A DNA stretch of 64,000 bases, from contig CM052817.1 in NCBI GenBank assembly GCA_028534125.1, positions 87,918,001 to 87,982,000 of the forward strand, given 5' to 3'. Under the pieces are notes generated by a model that had not been told where the DNA came from, searched no databases, and saw only the letters and a list, made by a program, of their open reading frames with translations. Both the position numbers and the translations under genes were made by a program. The DNA comes from Lama glama (Eukaryota). This document shows, in pieces, positions 1 to 14,468 of this stretch; the stretch's first letter is position 1; each line of letters starts with the position of its first letter.

Positions 1-999
1 TGTGTCAAGTAGAGTAAGCCCTTCTATTTTTTCCCTTTGAAAGCTGATTTAAATTTCCACAGAGAACATTCTCATCCTTGTGGTTTTTCACATTGACTGG
101 GGACTTTTCCCCAAGGCAGGGTCTTTCTCTACAGGGAAATCTCACAGAATTTTTTCTAATCAGAAATTCTTGAGTTGTTTCCTCTGTGAGAGGAAAAGTG
201 ATATGGTAGACTCCAGGGAAATACTAGTTCTAAGGTTTTGTTTTTTTTTTTCTTTTCTTAAAAAAAAAATCTATTCCTTCAAGGAAAAGGGAAGTATTGC
301 TATTAATAAATAGCACAAAATGAAACTGATATTCAGTTAGGAAATAGGCAGTTTTAACAACAGGGATATGAATCAGTATTTTGATCTTTAAATGATCAAT
401 TTGTCTCCAACTATAAATCAAATAGTTACAAATTATATTTAGTTTGTCCTACATAAATTCAGCCTCAATTTAAAATGAGGGCTTATTAATGAAAAGCATA
501 ACTTCTAGAAGCTACACTGTACACAGGAATTTATACAACTCTTACCAAAAGTACATGTTAAGATGTATTCTAAGAGATGACCAAACTATTTTAGCAATTG
601 AATGTTACTCTGGGCCAATGTTCCATGTAAGTTTTAGATATGCTAGAAAAAAAGTTTTTGTCTAAGAGGTATTCTGAAAAAAGATGTTTTAATTAATCAA
701 TACTTATGCCATTATTTAAACTTAGTCTGATTTTTAAATCTTCATAATGAAATGTTTTGTAAATTTGAATATAGTATTATCTTTGGAAAATACACTAACT
801 TAATCCAAGAAGAAAATTGACACTGAGAATAGAAATGTCCTATCAAGACTGTTCCAACATACAGTAACAAAATGATATAAATTAGTACTTGCCAAAGAGT
901 ATGTTTTCAGTAATAACAGAAACCTAAAACCCTGACTATTCAATTTCCCATGACTTAATTTAATCAGTTTTTCAGTTGGCCAATTGTTTTCATTCTGCA

Positions 1000-2680
1000 C
1001 ATTCATATTTAACTTTCATGTATATTTGATGTTATTTATATGAAGAATTTTTTCCTTGTTCAATTAATTTCCACCTTTGGTATAGAGATTAATAATAATA
1101 CCTGCTATAATACATTGTTCCCATTTTTTCTATTTTCATGTGATAATAAAACACAAACTTTTACATGTATAGAATTTTGTGTGTGTAAATCACCAAAAAG
1201 AGAAAGAAAGAATAAGAGAGATGAAAAGAGAGAAAGAAATAAAAGATTATAATGTATTAAAATGTATATGCCTATTAGTTAATTTGCTTCAACATCTCTC
1301 CACAGTAATATTACATAATAAATATCCATTAACAATAACTACAAATGCAACCTATTTTATTCAATGTTTGTATAATATTCTAAACCTACTCAAATAATCT
1401 AGTATTGCTAAACCTTCAAGGGGTTTCCAGCATTTCCCAAATACAAAGTTATGGCAGTACACATTATTTTACATACAGCCTGAGTGGTGGTGCTTTTATT
1501 TCCACTCTCTTGATTCCTGGAAGAAGGAATGCAGGGTTCCAGAATAATTTCCATCTGTACGGATATTAACAGATTATTTTCTCAAAAGACTGTAGCAATT
1601 CACAATTCCTACAGAAACATAAAGTGGTCTTTTTTTCTCATCCCTATCAGTACCCTGATGATGTCTTATCATGTTTTTTTTTAGTTTCACTCAGTCTAAT
1701 ATGAAAAAGAGGTATGTCATTCATCAATTAATTTGTGGTTTCTTTCCTTCCAGTAGTGGTTATTTGGTTGGTCTCTCTGTATAGTATTTATAAACTGCAT
1801 TAAATTTTCTACCAATCTTTTAGTATTTTATTGGACACTTGTAGAAATTATTTACATAGTGCATATAATATATTATCTGTTATATATTCTGCAAGTATTT
1901 TCCCTGGCTTTCATTAACAGTATTTAATTAAAAATAAATGAAAAGATATATCATAATATATATATATTAACCAATTAAGAATTATGCTATAAAATATATC
2001 TACATTTTACTTTATAACTTGTTTCTGATATTGCTTTGAAAGTTCATCTCATGTCAATAAAAAAGTTAAGTTGTATTTTATGGTTTTATTGTTCTAGAAT
2101 TGTGATCTTACTGTCTATTATTGTTCAATGAAATTAACACCTTTCATTTTTACTGCATATATCTTATGTACATATATTATGAAACTCCATACAGACTTAT
2201 GTAAAAGGCTAGTATCTATACACACGTGGGTGTGTATGTTCTGTGCTGGTGCTCTACAAACTATTTATTTTGTATGGAGTTTATTACTAAAGTAAGAGTT
2301 TTGTTTTTTTTCTCCACACCTAACCACACTATCTATATTTTATTTAGATATAAGCTACTGATTTTTGTGGAGTTTTCTTATACCAAGCAGCCTTAACCAA
2401 ATTCTACTTGTTCTAGCAGTGGTTGGTACTTATGTAAAATAATAGTATTTATAAACTAATACATAAATACATTTAAAATATAAATGCATGTATTTCTAGT
2501 ATCAATATAAATACATTTTACTTCATTCTTCCAAATTTTATAAGAATATTAATTTACCTTATCTTATTAAATTGTTGAAAGATAATGACAGCAGCCGTTT
2601 CTGCTTCTTTTCCTGATTTTAAGACGTGAATTGATAGCATTGTACTTTATATTATTTAACTTTAGATTAATAACAGTTTT
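1000..2680 (-). mobile_element. Ancient, highly diverged L1 (L1M/L1ME-like) fragment
   Basis: T-rich antisense L1-like phrases such as TGTAGCAATTCACAATTCCTACAG, AGCTACTGATTTTTGT and TTTTCCTGATTTTAA. Boundaries are approximate. Confidence 0.55.
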
Positions 2681-4029
2681 TCAAAAAGCAAATTAGATTG
2701 ATTTTGTTTCATAACCCTAGTCTTTATATCCTTCCACTGTGATGATCCAGAAGCAATGCTGCATATTGCCTAAAATACAGTTTTAAATCTTTGGTGATTT
2801 AAGAAATTCATTATTATTTTTCTATATTCACAAAGTTTTTTTGTTTGTTTTTTTTTCCATTTTGTTATTTCCAAGAATCTTTAAAAATGAAACAAGAAAT
2901 TCAGTTCAATTTTTTTTCACCATTTGTGTAGTATAACATTACAATACAAAGCTGATTATTACTGCTTCCAAAACCAAGGCATTCAAAAGTTAAAATTTTG
3001 ACTCTTGTGTTTTACTCTTAAAGAAGTAATGGTGACTGCTAATTACTGAAATAATAAGAGAAAGTAAAACTGAAATCAGTTGAACACATAAAACACATAA
3101 ACTAATGGCAAAAACTGATAAAAATTTATCTTTAAAGATACTAGATGCAAAAATTAGCCAATGAAAGTTGTTTAATAGAATCAATCGCGTTAATAAAATT
3201 ACTTAAGAGAATCAATAGAAATGACAAAGATTTTAACATTACATTTTACATCCTCAAAACTGATATTCAGATTAATAAAATGTTTTCTGAAATGTTTACA
3301 ATGATGAGAACTTACCTTAATTAAAATATGTCAGAAAATCAAATAGAAAAATAGCTAAAGACAAATTGCACTATTTGGGAAATTTTACAATGAACTAATA
3401 TTGCTTAGGAACATTTTTATAATAATTTCTTTATATGTATTTGTCAAAATTAGCATAATTCTTATTAAAATTATTTGTTTTTGTAAGCATGAAACCAATC
3501 CTTCATTAAGTTTAAATGGCTGCATCAGAATATATAGCACATGTAATAACTGGGATTGTCTATGAAAGTAGGCTTACTTTTTTCTTTCTTTTTTATTTTT
3601 TTTTTAGGCTAAGGTAATTTATTTCCCTCCAATATTTCTCTTCCCTTAATTATAAATCAAATTATATTATCTTAAAAGCTTGCATTAAATATTCCAAGTG
3701 ATAGTTTATATATTCTTATGATTCTTCTTTTGTGGAAAGAGTTAACAGGAAATTTAGGACATGCATGCTGTGCTACATTTTATAACCTGCTTTAAGAGAT
3801 CCTGAGGGATTTTTAGGAAAAGAAGAATTAGTCTTAGAGCAACACCTTCAGAAATACAGTGACACATTTGTTTGTCTGAGCATGACATAGCACATGAGAT
3901 GATCTCTGGAATGTGTTCACATACATGAGACATACTTCATAGCTTGGCTTTGTGATTACTTTGTAACACCTTTGCTCAGGAAGAACAGGCTTCTCTGTTT
4001 CTTGAATAGGACCTGCAAATCCCTATCTA

Positions 4030-4400
4030 TGTAATTTCCTTCACCTGGATGCCCTTTGCCTGAATCTCCTCCCTTGAGATAACTTTCCCTTTAGTTCCAA
4101 GTTTAATTTAGCTCAAATTTCTTCTCCAAAACAACAACAACAAAAAATCAACAAAAAAGTTTTCCATAATTATGTTATTTGTATATGTTGCTTATCAGCT
4201 TTTAATGTATTTTAGCACCTTGATAACCCCAGTTCTAAGGCATCCTTATATTCACTAAGCTATTTAAAGTGATATCTTCAGAATAAGTCAAACAGGAAAA
4301 AAATTATTGCACACAAAAGTGGTGCTAAATACAGTGTTGGCAATGGGATGCAGAATAAAGTGCTATCAGCAGAGAGAAAACTTTTCTCTTTACTATAGAG
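4030..4400. mobile_element. L2-like fragments
   Basis: CACCTGGATGCCCTTTGCC...AGCTCAAAT and TAAAGTGCTATCAGCAGAGAG resemble decayed L2 3' region. Confidence 0.35.
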
Positions 4401-6289
4401 ACAGGTTGCAGAATACATTATTGCCTGTTCTAGAAGGTAGATGTATATTCCTTGTATTTAATTTTAGCACTTGCTTTTCCCTATTTTTATTGAATGTGCC
4501 TAGAAATGGATCATAGGTTTATTAATAGTAATGGCTATGCCTTCCCTGGGAAGACTGTTTTATGATTTCCAAAGTGCTTTTTACATATATTACAATTTTT
4601 GATTCTTTCAACAGTCTTGTGAATTAGGGAAAGAAGCAGTTTCTGGTCCATTTTTATCAGCCATAATAAACAATTTTAGCCTCAGGTTCAGTATTGCCAT
4701 TTATTCAAATAGTCCAAATATTGAGAAGACTTCTTTATCTTTTCATTTTAAAAGATGCTTTCTGTGGTCTTAGTTATAAATCAAAATATGCTATTTGAAA
4801 TTATCCACAAATATGCACTAACTGAGATTTCTCTTTTCATTATTTAGCACAAGGCTAACAAAAAGGTCTAGACAAATTAGAGTTCCAAGAAGTATAAATG
4901 CAATGAATAAATTAATGCTGGCATTGATAGATGAGGGGGAGAGCAAAGGAATTTCATTGTGCAGCTTGACTGAACAACTTTGTTTCAATATTTGTAAGTT
5001 CAAGGGATTGTTGTTTGGAATGTACTAGAGAATTAAAAAGAATAATGAAATTGATTCCTTAACCTTGAGATTATTGGCCACTAAGTTCTAAATCTGTAGA
5101 GGTAGACCTCAGTTATTCCTGTGCATATCAGCTCCATCTCATAAAGAAACATGAAGACAGCATATCTATGAATGCTGTGAAATGGTGCTCCTTTTACCTC
5201 GCCAGGGGTACTGTTTAGGACACAATGATTGTGTGAAGTCCAGTTGTGTGTTAACATACAAATGGGCAGTTCTTCCCTGAAACACAGCGTAGGCCTCCTT
5301 CAAATGGAAATCTGTAAAGGGAAATTATTTTCTTCTGAAGCGCCCCCCAATGTGTTGTTGTCTTTTATTGAGCCCTAAAAATAATGCAATTAATGAAGAA
5401 GAAATTATATATAGTTTCAAGATGCATGATTGTAACTTTCATTGGATTGTGTGGTTTTTATCCAGAATGTTAATGGTTAAAAAAGGAAATCCGATTTCTT
5501 TTTCATTTTTTTTATCCCAAGGCATTTTATGGTATCATATTACCCGCTCTACCGTGCTCTCCCAAAAGTTACTATATATGAGAACTGTCGTATGCCTTTA
5601 ATTTAGATCCATATTATTTCCCCTGGGAAATTTCAGAAATGCTGGGTGGGATGTTTGGAAATGGATGGGAGAAAAAAAATCTGATGGAAGGAAACATACA
5701 GAAAAGAAAAGTAGATGACCTCTTATATCTCTGCTTTTTTTTGATCCTTAACATTCAGTGGTAACCTTATATATATTTAATCCCAGAACCAAATAAATGG
5801 GTAGTTTTTGACCTCACGTAAGTTAGAAAGTTGAGATTTAAAAAAAAAAAAATCTCTACTGAAACTTTGTTTTCACTTTTAATTTTATTAAAAGATTCAG
5901 GACAGAGTTTCAAATTTAATACTGATAGGATCAAAAATTTCCCACTTACTTTCATTTGATTTTTTAGAGATAAATGAATCACTCAACATTAATCATAAGC
6001 TTCTCTGGGTAAGAGATTTGTATATAAATGAATGTGAGGTTTTTTCCCTACAATACTATATCTCAATTTTAAAATGTTTTAAAGAAAATCAGAGTTATAA
6101 CTCTTGAAAATATGTGGAATCTTTTGTAAACTTCCAGTGAGTTATTTTTTAATTCCCATTGTAAGTCAAAGTATGTCATTGATGATTTTTACTTTCTTTA
6201 CTCCAATCATTAAATGTATCATCTGTGTATAGTGCTTGATGAGATATTCTACACAATATGGCTTATGTTTCTTAAATGCTTACTATTTA

Positions 6290-6480
6290 TTACGCTTTCT
6301 TCTAAGTAATTTATACAAATTGACTTGTATGAATTTTCATAATTCTGTGATGTAGGTTTTACTGGGATTCTCAATTTAGACTTAAAAAAACCAACAAGGA
6401 GAGTTTAAACACCTGGCTTTTGTTCACTCAAAACCGGAATTTGATCACAGACAGCCTTGTTCAGATACCTTGTTCTCAAC
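6290..6480 (-). mobile_element. MIR fragment
   Basis: TTTCATAATTCTGTGATGTAGG...ATTCTCAATTT resembles the antisense MIR core. Confidence 0.4.
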
Positions 6481-7469
6481 CATGCCCCTACTGCTGCCGA
6501 TGCATAATCCTACAAGCTTTAAGCAACATTTTTACCCTGTTCACATACATATCTTTAATTATAAATGCTGTGCTTTGTGTCAAATATAAAACATATGTAG
6601 CTGGACAGAGCAGTATCTTGATCATTTTAATTTTTTTTTTCTATTTAGGTTTTACCCTCCTATTTCAATGGGGCAAGAGCTCTCTATTGCATTATTTTTC
6701 TTCATATTCATTTCAGTGCTTTATGTTTTTGCCACCTGCTTGCCTTTTTTTTAAATTTCATTTTTAATTTCATTTCTTCAGCTCCCCTAAAGTGTAGAGT
6801 GGAAGATAGAGGTAGACGTCTTGAAAGTTAAGGAGTGTGATCAGATACGGGAATAACACCTCCCTGCCACACACCCATGCATACTTAATTAATGCTCTGG
6901 ACCTTGTTATTTCAGTGTTATTGATCCTGTGTTCAAGCAACTATGTCATTTGCTTGTACATCTAGAAAATTAATCTAGTTCCTATGGAGAATGGGATTCT
7001 GGGCATTTTAACAGAAAGGTCAGATTACACTTTCCTTGTTTCTAGGCAGTGGGAATGTTCTGACAGAGCTCCACAGACTTCCAGGGTGCAATTGTGGGAG
7101 TTCTCCGGAATATCCTCTTTGGGAACTTAGATCACATGCCTGTTTTTTTGTTTTTTTCTGCCTGGTTTCCTTCTCTAATTTTTTGTTGTTGTTATTTCTT
7201 TGTTTTGTTTTGTTTTTAATTCCCTGAAATGTGGCACAAAGGAGGTAATCTGGAATCTGAACACCATGTATATGATTTAATTACTTCTTCCTCATTTAGA
7301 TTTGTTCTCTAACTGTTGAATTTCTTCTTTGGATCACAAATTCTGTCAGCTTCTTTGGCATTTATAAACCAAATATCTTCTTTCTACCATCTTGCCAGGC
7401 AGCCTTCCCCTGCCAGGGCTAAATATTTTTAGTATTTCATACTGTGTAACATAAAACAAGTGGTATTTT

Positions 7470-7545
7470 TTATTGTCTTTCTAGAGCCTAACACAGTGCT
7501 TGGCACACATCAGATTCTCAATAAATTTTGATGGATGAAGGGATG
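7470..7545 (+). mobile_element. L2 3' terminal fragment
   Basis: AGAGCCTAACACAGTGCTTGGCACACATCAGATTCTCAATAAATTTTGATGGATGAA matches the L2 3' tail pattern. Confidence 0.75.
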
Positions 7546-10204
7546 CATAAATTAAACATATAAAGCTATTTGTAAAAAACAGGATGTTTGACAAAATGGA
7601 AGTTGCTTTACCTTTGGTCTCTGAAAGGATATAGCTGTCACATTTCCTTAATGAAAGAGTTCATATATAATTATTCTGAAGGTCTTCTCAAAGTGTACCT
7701 GAATCCTTTCAAATGTAATATATTTAATGAAATAGACTGATATCAGTATACTGAAGTTCCTGGCTTTTGAGAAAATCATTGGCATATTGGAGCATATGCA
7801 GATTAATTTACATGATTTTGCCTAAAAAGAGTAAACACTGATTGGTGTAATAACTATATAGCTTTAGGAAACATCAGGAATAAATCTTCCTGTGCCTAAA
7901 CTCCTATGGAATTTGTAATTTTACTAGAGTAGGACTGGTGTCTTGACTGTAATCGTCGAGATGTTTCTCAGAGTTTGGGAATTCCTATCTGACAAAAGTA
8001 AAAAAAAAAAAAAATACTTCTTGGGTATTTATTTTTCAAAAAGTAGTTGGAAATAGCTGTACTCCAGATTATGAGATAAACAGTTATATATCAGAATGTT
8101 TACATGGAAAATCAAGAGTGCTTGGAGTGTTCTGACATAACTAGTTTCTCTTCATTAAGGGGCTGATAAACCTTATCTAGAGAGGCCTCAGAAGCACCTC
8201 TTTATTGACTCTGATGTAGATCCTCTTCCATGGACTTCAGACCCACCTTGTCCCACACTGCTTTATTGAGTGCCACTTGCCTGCTTCTGGGACTTTTACC
8301 TATTTGTATTTCTTCCTCCTATCTGCACAATGTTGGCTGACGGCTAACCATGAATTGTGGGTCATGTTGCTGTAGCCAGCTCTGTGACATCATAGCCTCA
8401 TCATCTGGTTTTGTTTTGGTTTCTAAACTCTTTGGGAGCGTTTAATCTCATGGACTTTAGAGATCAAATCTTAAGCTTCTGTGGTGAAAATAGACACTTA
8501 CTGCTTTAATTATCAACTACAACCTGATCTACTGTAATTGACCTTTTTAAAGCTAATGGTTTGACATGAATAAACTTCCTCCTGTAACAGTAGCTCTGTA
8601 TGATATTGAAGAAGGTACCATAGTGCTACTTTATATCCAGTATCATATGAAGGACACTGGCTTGCACTCACTGAGATTTCTACAGGACATCAGGATTACA
8701 AGAAACCTGAAATTGTCATTAAATTGTCTATTTTCATGAACATGCTAATGACAAATATATGTGAATACAGAGAGGAACATGCCTCTCCGTTCTTGCCTTC
8801 TTATAATCAAAATATCATAAAGAAAATTTCAGCATCTGAGATTTTCATTGTAGAGCTATAAGGCATTCAGAAAAGTGATTAGTATTATTTTTCGGAATAG
8901 TGGAAAATCTCTCAGAGGATGAATTTTTTGAGACCAAAATCATCATTCCTTAACTCACTTAACAATAAGAATCAAAAATAATATTGCATATATTAGTCTT
9001 TATACCTGCCACTGAATTCATAAAATTCTCTAACAAAATGATTTGCTCACCAGAAACACCAGTTTTATTGATATTTCATTGTAGTGGCACTTAGCATTCT
9101 AAGATGGCAAAAAAAATCTATTATGTGGTTATATTTTAAAATTTTGAACTTAGATAACTGTGCTAAATGGATAGTTAAAAAAGAATCAATGATAATGCCA
9201 AGGAAAATAAAATCTTTCTATCAACATAGATATGTGAAACATGTTCTTAATATTCATAGTTTGCCTTTAAAATATTTATTATCTAATCACCTTTAGAGAT
9301 ACCCAGACTATTTTTATTTATTCATACCACCCTAAAAGATGCTATCATAAGTACCTTAAATTATTATCTGTATATGTTAATATTATTTATTGCTCTGCTA
9401 TGTGCTAAAAGGAAAATGGAGCAAAATCCTTTGCTGAGTTGTAGCTGATATGAAATCAGCAACATTTCTCCAATTTTAGCTCTTTCCATCAGTTGATCGA
9501 TGTGTTGTAAGTGCTTTTCTTTACCATACATTTACGAGTGTTTGGAAGTACTGAATACCATGGTGTGAGTAGCTTTTGCTCTTGGGTATGAAGAAGAAAT
9601 TGATTTTCACTTGTCCTAAACATTCCAAGAATTGTTAACACTTTCTGAAGCAAAAGATGAAGCAGTAACTTAGAAATTCTGTCAGAATTTCTAAAATAAA
9701 ATGTATTAAAAACTCACATCATGAAATATCAAGGTTAGAAAATTACAATTCATAAATAGGTTAACAGATTATGTTCTTACAAAAAGTAAAAGTGAACTGA
9801 AAATTGCACGTATACATTGGGTGATATTTATAATAAATATATGTTTTCTTTCTATATATCATTAGTGTTATTTCTACAAATGGAGTTAAAATATTGCCAA
9901 GCTTTTATAATAAACCTTAACAAAAAGATGTTACAGGGTATTCCCCCTGTTAACTCAGTAGCTTTACTTGTAAGAGAGTTCTGAATTTCCAATACAACCA
10001 GTAAGAAGTTATATCTTTGTAGATTTATAATTCCCCAAATGGTTGACATAGAATTTATTCAAATTGAGATTTTCTACTATATCAACCTCAGGAGGGTATC
10101 CGTGTTTACAAATAGGGTATGTGACCAGGTCAGTCTGACTGGATGGGGATTTCACTAAGACTATATCATCAGGTCATCAGTCCTTCTTCTGGTCTTATTT
10201 TTTT

Positions 10205-10285
10205 AATGATGACAGTGTGAGAAAATACTGGTCCAGAGAAGTTAAGTGACTTAACTAAAGTTATAAAATCAGTAGTAGTGAAGTC
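10205..10285 (-). mobile_element. MIR core fragment
   Basis: ACTGGTCCAGAGAAGTTAAGTGACTTAACTAAAGTTATA resembles the MIR core ACTGAGGCTCAGAGAGGTTAAGTGACTTGCCCAAGGTCACA. Confidence 0.7.
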
Positions 10286-10467
10286 ATTTGTATTAGTAGT
10301 ATTAGTATCTTAATATTATTATTGCTTTTGAGTTCAGAGGTAGAATGCAGGCAGTGGTTCTTGCAGCGCTCACAGTTTCAATTAGGGAAAGTATGTGAGG
10401 AGCAACCATGCTATCAAGGAAGTGTAAGTGTGGATATGGTTCTGTTCAGCCTTCTCATGACACCGTC

Positions 10468-10492
<25 letters not shown>
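10468..10492. repeat. (TG)12 microsatellite
   Basis: Direct reading. Confidence 0.95.
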
Positions 10493-10500
<8 letters not shown>

Positions 10501-10791
10501 GATGAAGCTGAGCTGGGCATCTAGAATGACATGTGCAAAATAATGATTGTCCCATGACCTGCATTAATTTCTATCTCATTGGAAATTCCTGAGGTTAAAA
10601 ACTTATTATAATTATCTAGGACAATAATCTATTTTCATTTTACATATAATGACAAAGTATTTTATCACCTTAATATACTCCAAATTTGTCAGAAATACAC
10701 CTATATAATAAGTTGAGGGGATAATTTAATTTGTTTTGATCTAAATGTTAATAAGAGTAGTTTATAATTATGTAAAATACATGACTAATAG

Positions 10792-11268
10792 TGTATTAGT
10801 CAGGGTTCTCTAGAAAATAGAACCAACAGGATGTGCATGTGTATATATATGTAGTGACTTATTGCATAGAGTTGACTTACATAATTATTATGGAACCTGA
10901 CTAGGTCTAAATCTGCAGGGTAAGTCTGCAAACTAGAGACCCAGCAGAGGTGAAGTTCCAGGGTGAGTTCAAAAGCCTCGTGCTGTAGAACCAGGAAGAA
11001 GCAGTACTGCAGAAGTCTGAATGCAGTCTGCTAGAGAATAATCTCTTGCTCTGGGAGGCCAGTCTTTTTGTTCTATTTTGACCTTAAGCTGATTGGATGA
11101 GGCTTACCCCTGCATTATTATGAACAACAATCTACTTCTCTCAAAGTCCACCAATTTAAATGTTTATTTCATCCCAAAACAACTTTCAGAAACAATCAGA
11201 ATTATGTTTGACCAAGATCTGTACACATTGTAGCCCAGCTAATGACACATAAAAAAATAACCATCACA
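10792..11268 (-). mobile_element. MLT2-family solo LTR (ERVL)
   Basis: Starts TGTATTAGTCAGGGTTCTCTAGA and ends TGACACATAAAAAAATAACCATCACA, the reverse complement of the MLT2 TGTGATGGTTA start. Internal CTGATTGGATGAGG and AAAGTCCACCAATTTAAATGTT. Confidence 0.9.
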
Positions 11269-13197
11269 AATGCAACACAAAATACGTATCCAACATTTAT
11301 TATGGAATACCAAATAGAAAGAGGATGTTAGCAATGTTTATTTAAATGACAAATTACAATTCTATTCCAGACTTTTTTGTATGTGGATGCAAAGAACTAA
11401 TAACATCACTGTGGTTTTATTATAGTTATGCTAAGATTTTACACATTGTATATTTTATTACATGTTATGTTTAAAATTTCTTCTTATTATATCATTTTAT
11501 TAATTAAAAATATATATGCAGTTTAGATTGTTTATTAACTTTTATCATAGTAAGGGGGAAATTTTATATAAAATATTATTGGGAGATTGCCAAGATGGGG
11601 GAGTAGAAGGACACATAGCTCTCCCTCACCCATGAATACACCAAAAATTACATCTAAAAAGAGAATTCCTCACACAGCATACCTACTGAACTTTGCCGGA
11701 ATATCTCTTACTTTGGAAATACAGGAAAATCCTCACAAAACCAGGTAGGAGAAAAAGAAAGAAATAAATAAAAAGGAACTCAGTGAGCAATCTGTCCTGC
11801 AGGGAGAGAGTGGCAGAGGAGGAAAAGTGCCCTCACTCTGGGAAGCCCCCTTTCCAGTGAGGAGGTCAGCAGGGACAAAAAAGGGAGCTTCAGAGGCTCA
11901 GAGGAGAAAGTAGCAGCCACTTGGCAGACATAATTGAGAGCAACCAGCACAGAAGGTCCATGTTATTCCTAGCCCTAGATGCGAGCTGGAGAAGGTGGGC
12001 TGGACCAGGCTGCTGAAGCTCAGGCTTCTGTGGTTGAGTCCAGGGAGAGGACTGGTCTGAGTGTGCAAAGACAGCCTCAGGTGCCTGGAGTGTGGTGCAG
12101 GTTGAGACTGGGAGTGTGCAGAACAGAATAGCTTGGGACCCCCATAAAAAGCACCACTGCTAGTGCATGTAGGGAGGAGGGGCACAATGCAACCCCACCA
12201 AAGCAGCCATCTCCACTAGCCCAGAGGATGTTGCTTGGCACTATTCTTGGTGTGCATTCTGGGAAGAAGAGAGGTGGGGTTCAGACATAGACATCTTCTC
12301 AGCTTTCTCTGAATGGACGCAATCCCTGGTGCATGGCTTATGGCCAGAGGCAGGGCTAAACCTGAATCCATACCCAGGGGGCCTGCAACTTTGCAGGCTG
12401 GACTGAGATTTGATTCTAGTCCTCAGCAGAGGAGGCAGATCTGCTCCACTTTTGCCATTGTGGACCCACATCTCTGAGACAAATGAATGGAGTTCTGAAA
12501 GGGGCAGTTTTGGCATGAACAGCAGGCCTGCATACCATATACAGATGCAGGGGTGGGGTCTGGGCTGACCTTGTAGCACACTATGGCAAGTCCTAGTGTA
12601 TGACATTGGTGGATCTCCACTGGTGTCTCTCTGGGTGCAGAATCTGGGGGATACCAGAGTGGGTTGCCGATATTCCTGTGACTGAGGAGGGCACAAGGGC
12701 AGAGTCAACAGAGTGCACTTTGTAAGCTCACATAACAAGTTACAGACAACACCACAGAGGGCACTTCCCAGTGGACATTCCCTGTGGAGGAATACCCAGT
12801 GGCTCCTCTTTCAGCAGAAGTGTTCCAATCCCATGTACCACATACCATGGTTCAGAAATTGGCCTGGAAGCCTCTATTCCAGCAACAGGGAGCAGACCCA
12901 GCAGCTGCCAGGGCTGTGACAACCACAGAGCTAAGAGGAGGCCTGGCTCAACAACCAGGGCAGGTTCTGGCCACCACAACATGAACCACATCCCCAGTCG
13001 AGGGGATAACAGCCAGCACACATAGATGAAAGAGGTGGTAACCACCCAAACGAAAAACAGCCCTTGTAACAAAATTATTAAATGCACACAGCCTACACAA
13101 GAACATTCCCTTTAAAAAAATTGTTTTTTAATCCCTTCAGGACCACAGTAGATAACTGTTACTCCTAAATTCATACATTCAGAGAAATATATGTAAA

Positions 13198-14078
13198 CTG
13201 AAGAAGCAGAGGAACCACGCCCAATTAAAAAAAACAAGAGAAGTCCCTGAAGGAATGAAAAATGAAATAGACCTTGACAATCTACTAGATCATGACTTCA
13301 AAAAGGAGGTGATAAAGCACAGAAGGAAATAAGAGAGATTATCAATAGAAATGCAGAATACTGTAAAAAGGAAATATAAAGTATAAAGAGGAGCCAACTA
13401 AAATCAGAAAACTAAATTGCTGAGTTAAAAGCCAAGCTAAAAGCAGTCAAAAGCAGACTAAATAATGCAGAGCAATGAATAAGTGATTTAGAAGACATAA
13501 TAACAAAAATCACCCAATCAGAACAGCAGACAGAAAAGCATATGAAAACAATATAAGGGACCTATGGGATAATATAAAGCATGCCAATTGACACATAATA
13601 GGGGTCCCAGAAGAAGAAGAAAGAGACAAGGGGATTGAAAAGGAATTTGAAGAAATCATGACCAAAAACTTCCCAGACCTAAAGAAGGAAACAGATATCC
13701 AAGTACAATAAGCACAAAGTTTCCAAATAAGATGAATCCAAACAGACCTACACCAAGACATATTATAATTAAGATGGCTAAAGTTAAAGATGAGAAATGA
13801 TTCTAAAGGCAGCAACAGAAAAACAAAGAGTTAGTTACAAGGAAACCCCTATAAGGCTTTAAGCTGATTTCTCTATACAAACACTGCTGGCCAGAAGGGA
13901 GTGGCAAGGTATATTCAAAGTCCTGAATGAGAAAAATCTGCAACCCAGGATACTCTACCCAGCAAGACTATCCTTTAGACTAGAGGAAGAAATAAAGAAT
14001 TTCTCAGACAAGCAAAAATTGGAAGAATTCAGCAATACTAAATCTATCCTAAAAGAAATACTGAAAGTTCTTCTCTAA
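13198..14078 (+). pseudogene. L1 ORF1p remnant (coiled-coil/RRM/CTD), disrupted
   Basis: Begins CTG AAG AAG CAG AGG AAC CAC, with the expected ATG apparently mutated. Contains sequence for ORF1 motifs: WDNIKHAN..IIGVPEEEE (~13565-13620), RPTPRHIIIKMAK (~13744-13782), ARREW (~13889), LQPRILYPARLSF (~13938). Ends at TAA 14076-14078. Several in-frame stops and frameshifts. Confidence 0.9.
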
Positions 14079-14468
14079 ATAGAAAAGAAGCAGAAAGCTA
14101 TAGAAAAGAGAAAAAACATAATCAGAAATGCAATACTACAATGAACTGCAAGAAAGTAAACATAAAGATGTGAAAGAGATCATCAAAATCATAAAATGTG
14201 AGAGAGGGGAGCAAAAAAATGTAGATTTTCTTTTTGTTCTACTTAGGATGTGTTTGACCCTATATGACTACCAGTCTAAATCAAATAGATATAGTAATGG
14301 GTTAACATACTTGAAAAAAGGGTAACCACAAATCAAAAGCATACAACAGAGTCACAAAACCCAAAAAGAAACCAAGCTAATACAAAAGAAAATTATCAAA
14401 CCACAAAAAGGGGAAAAAAAAAAGAAACAAAGAAGAAATACCAAATCAACTGGAAAACAAAGTTTAAA

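Noticed and set aside
5195..5356. CTCF-like motifs (TCGCCAGGGGTACTG; GCGCCCCCCAATGTG)
   Set aside because: Both mismatch or are mis-spaced at core positions of the CCASYAGRKGGC consensus.
12241..12738. 165-aa antisense ORF, and neighbouring ORFs, in the L1 5'UTR as an ORF0-like or novel gene
   Set aside because: It lies in a GC-richer decayed UTR where long stop-free frames arise by chance in several frames at once. It has no recognisable domain, and the element is inactive.
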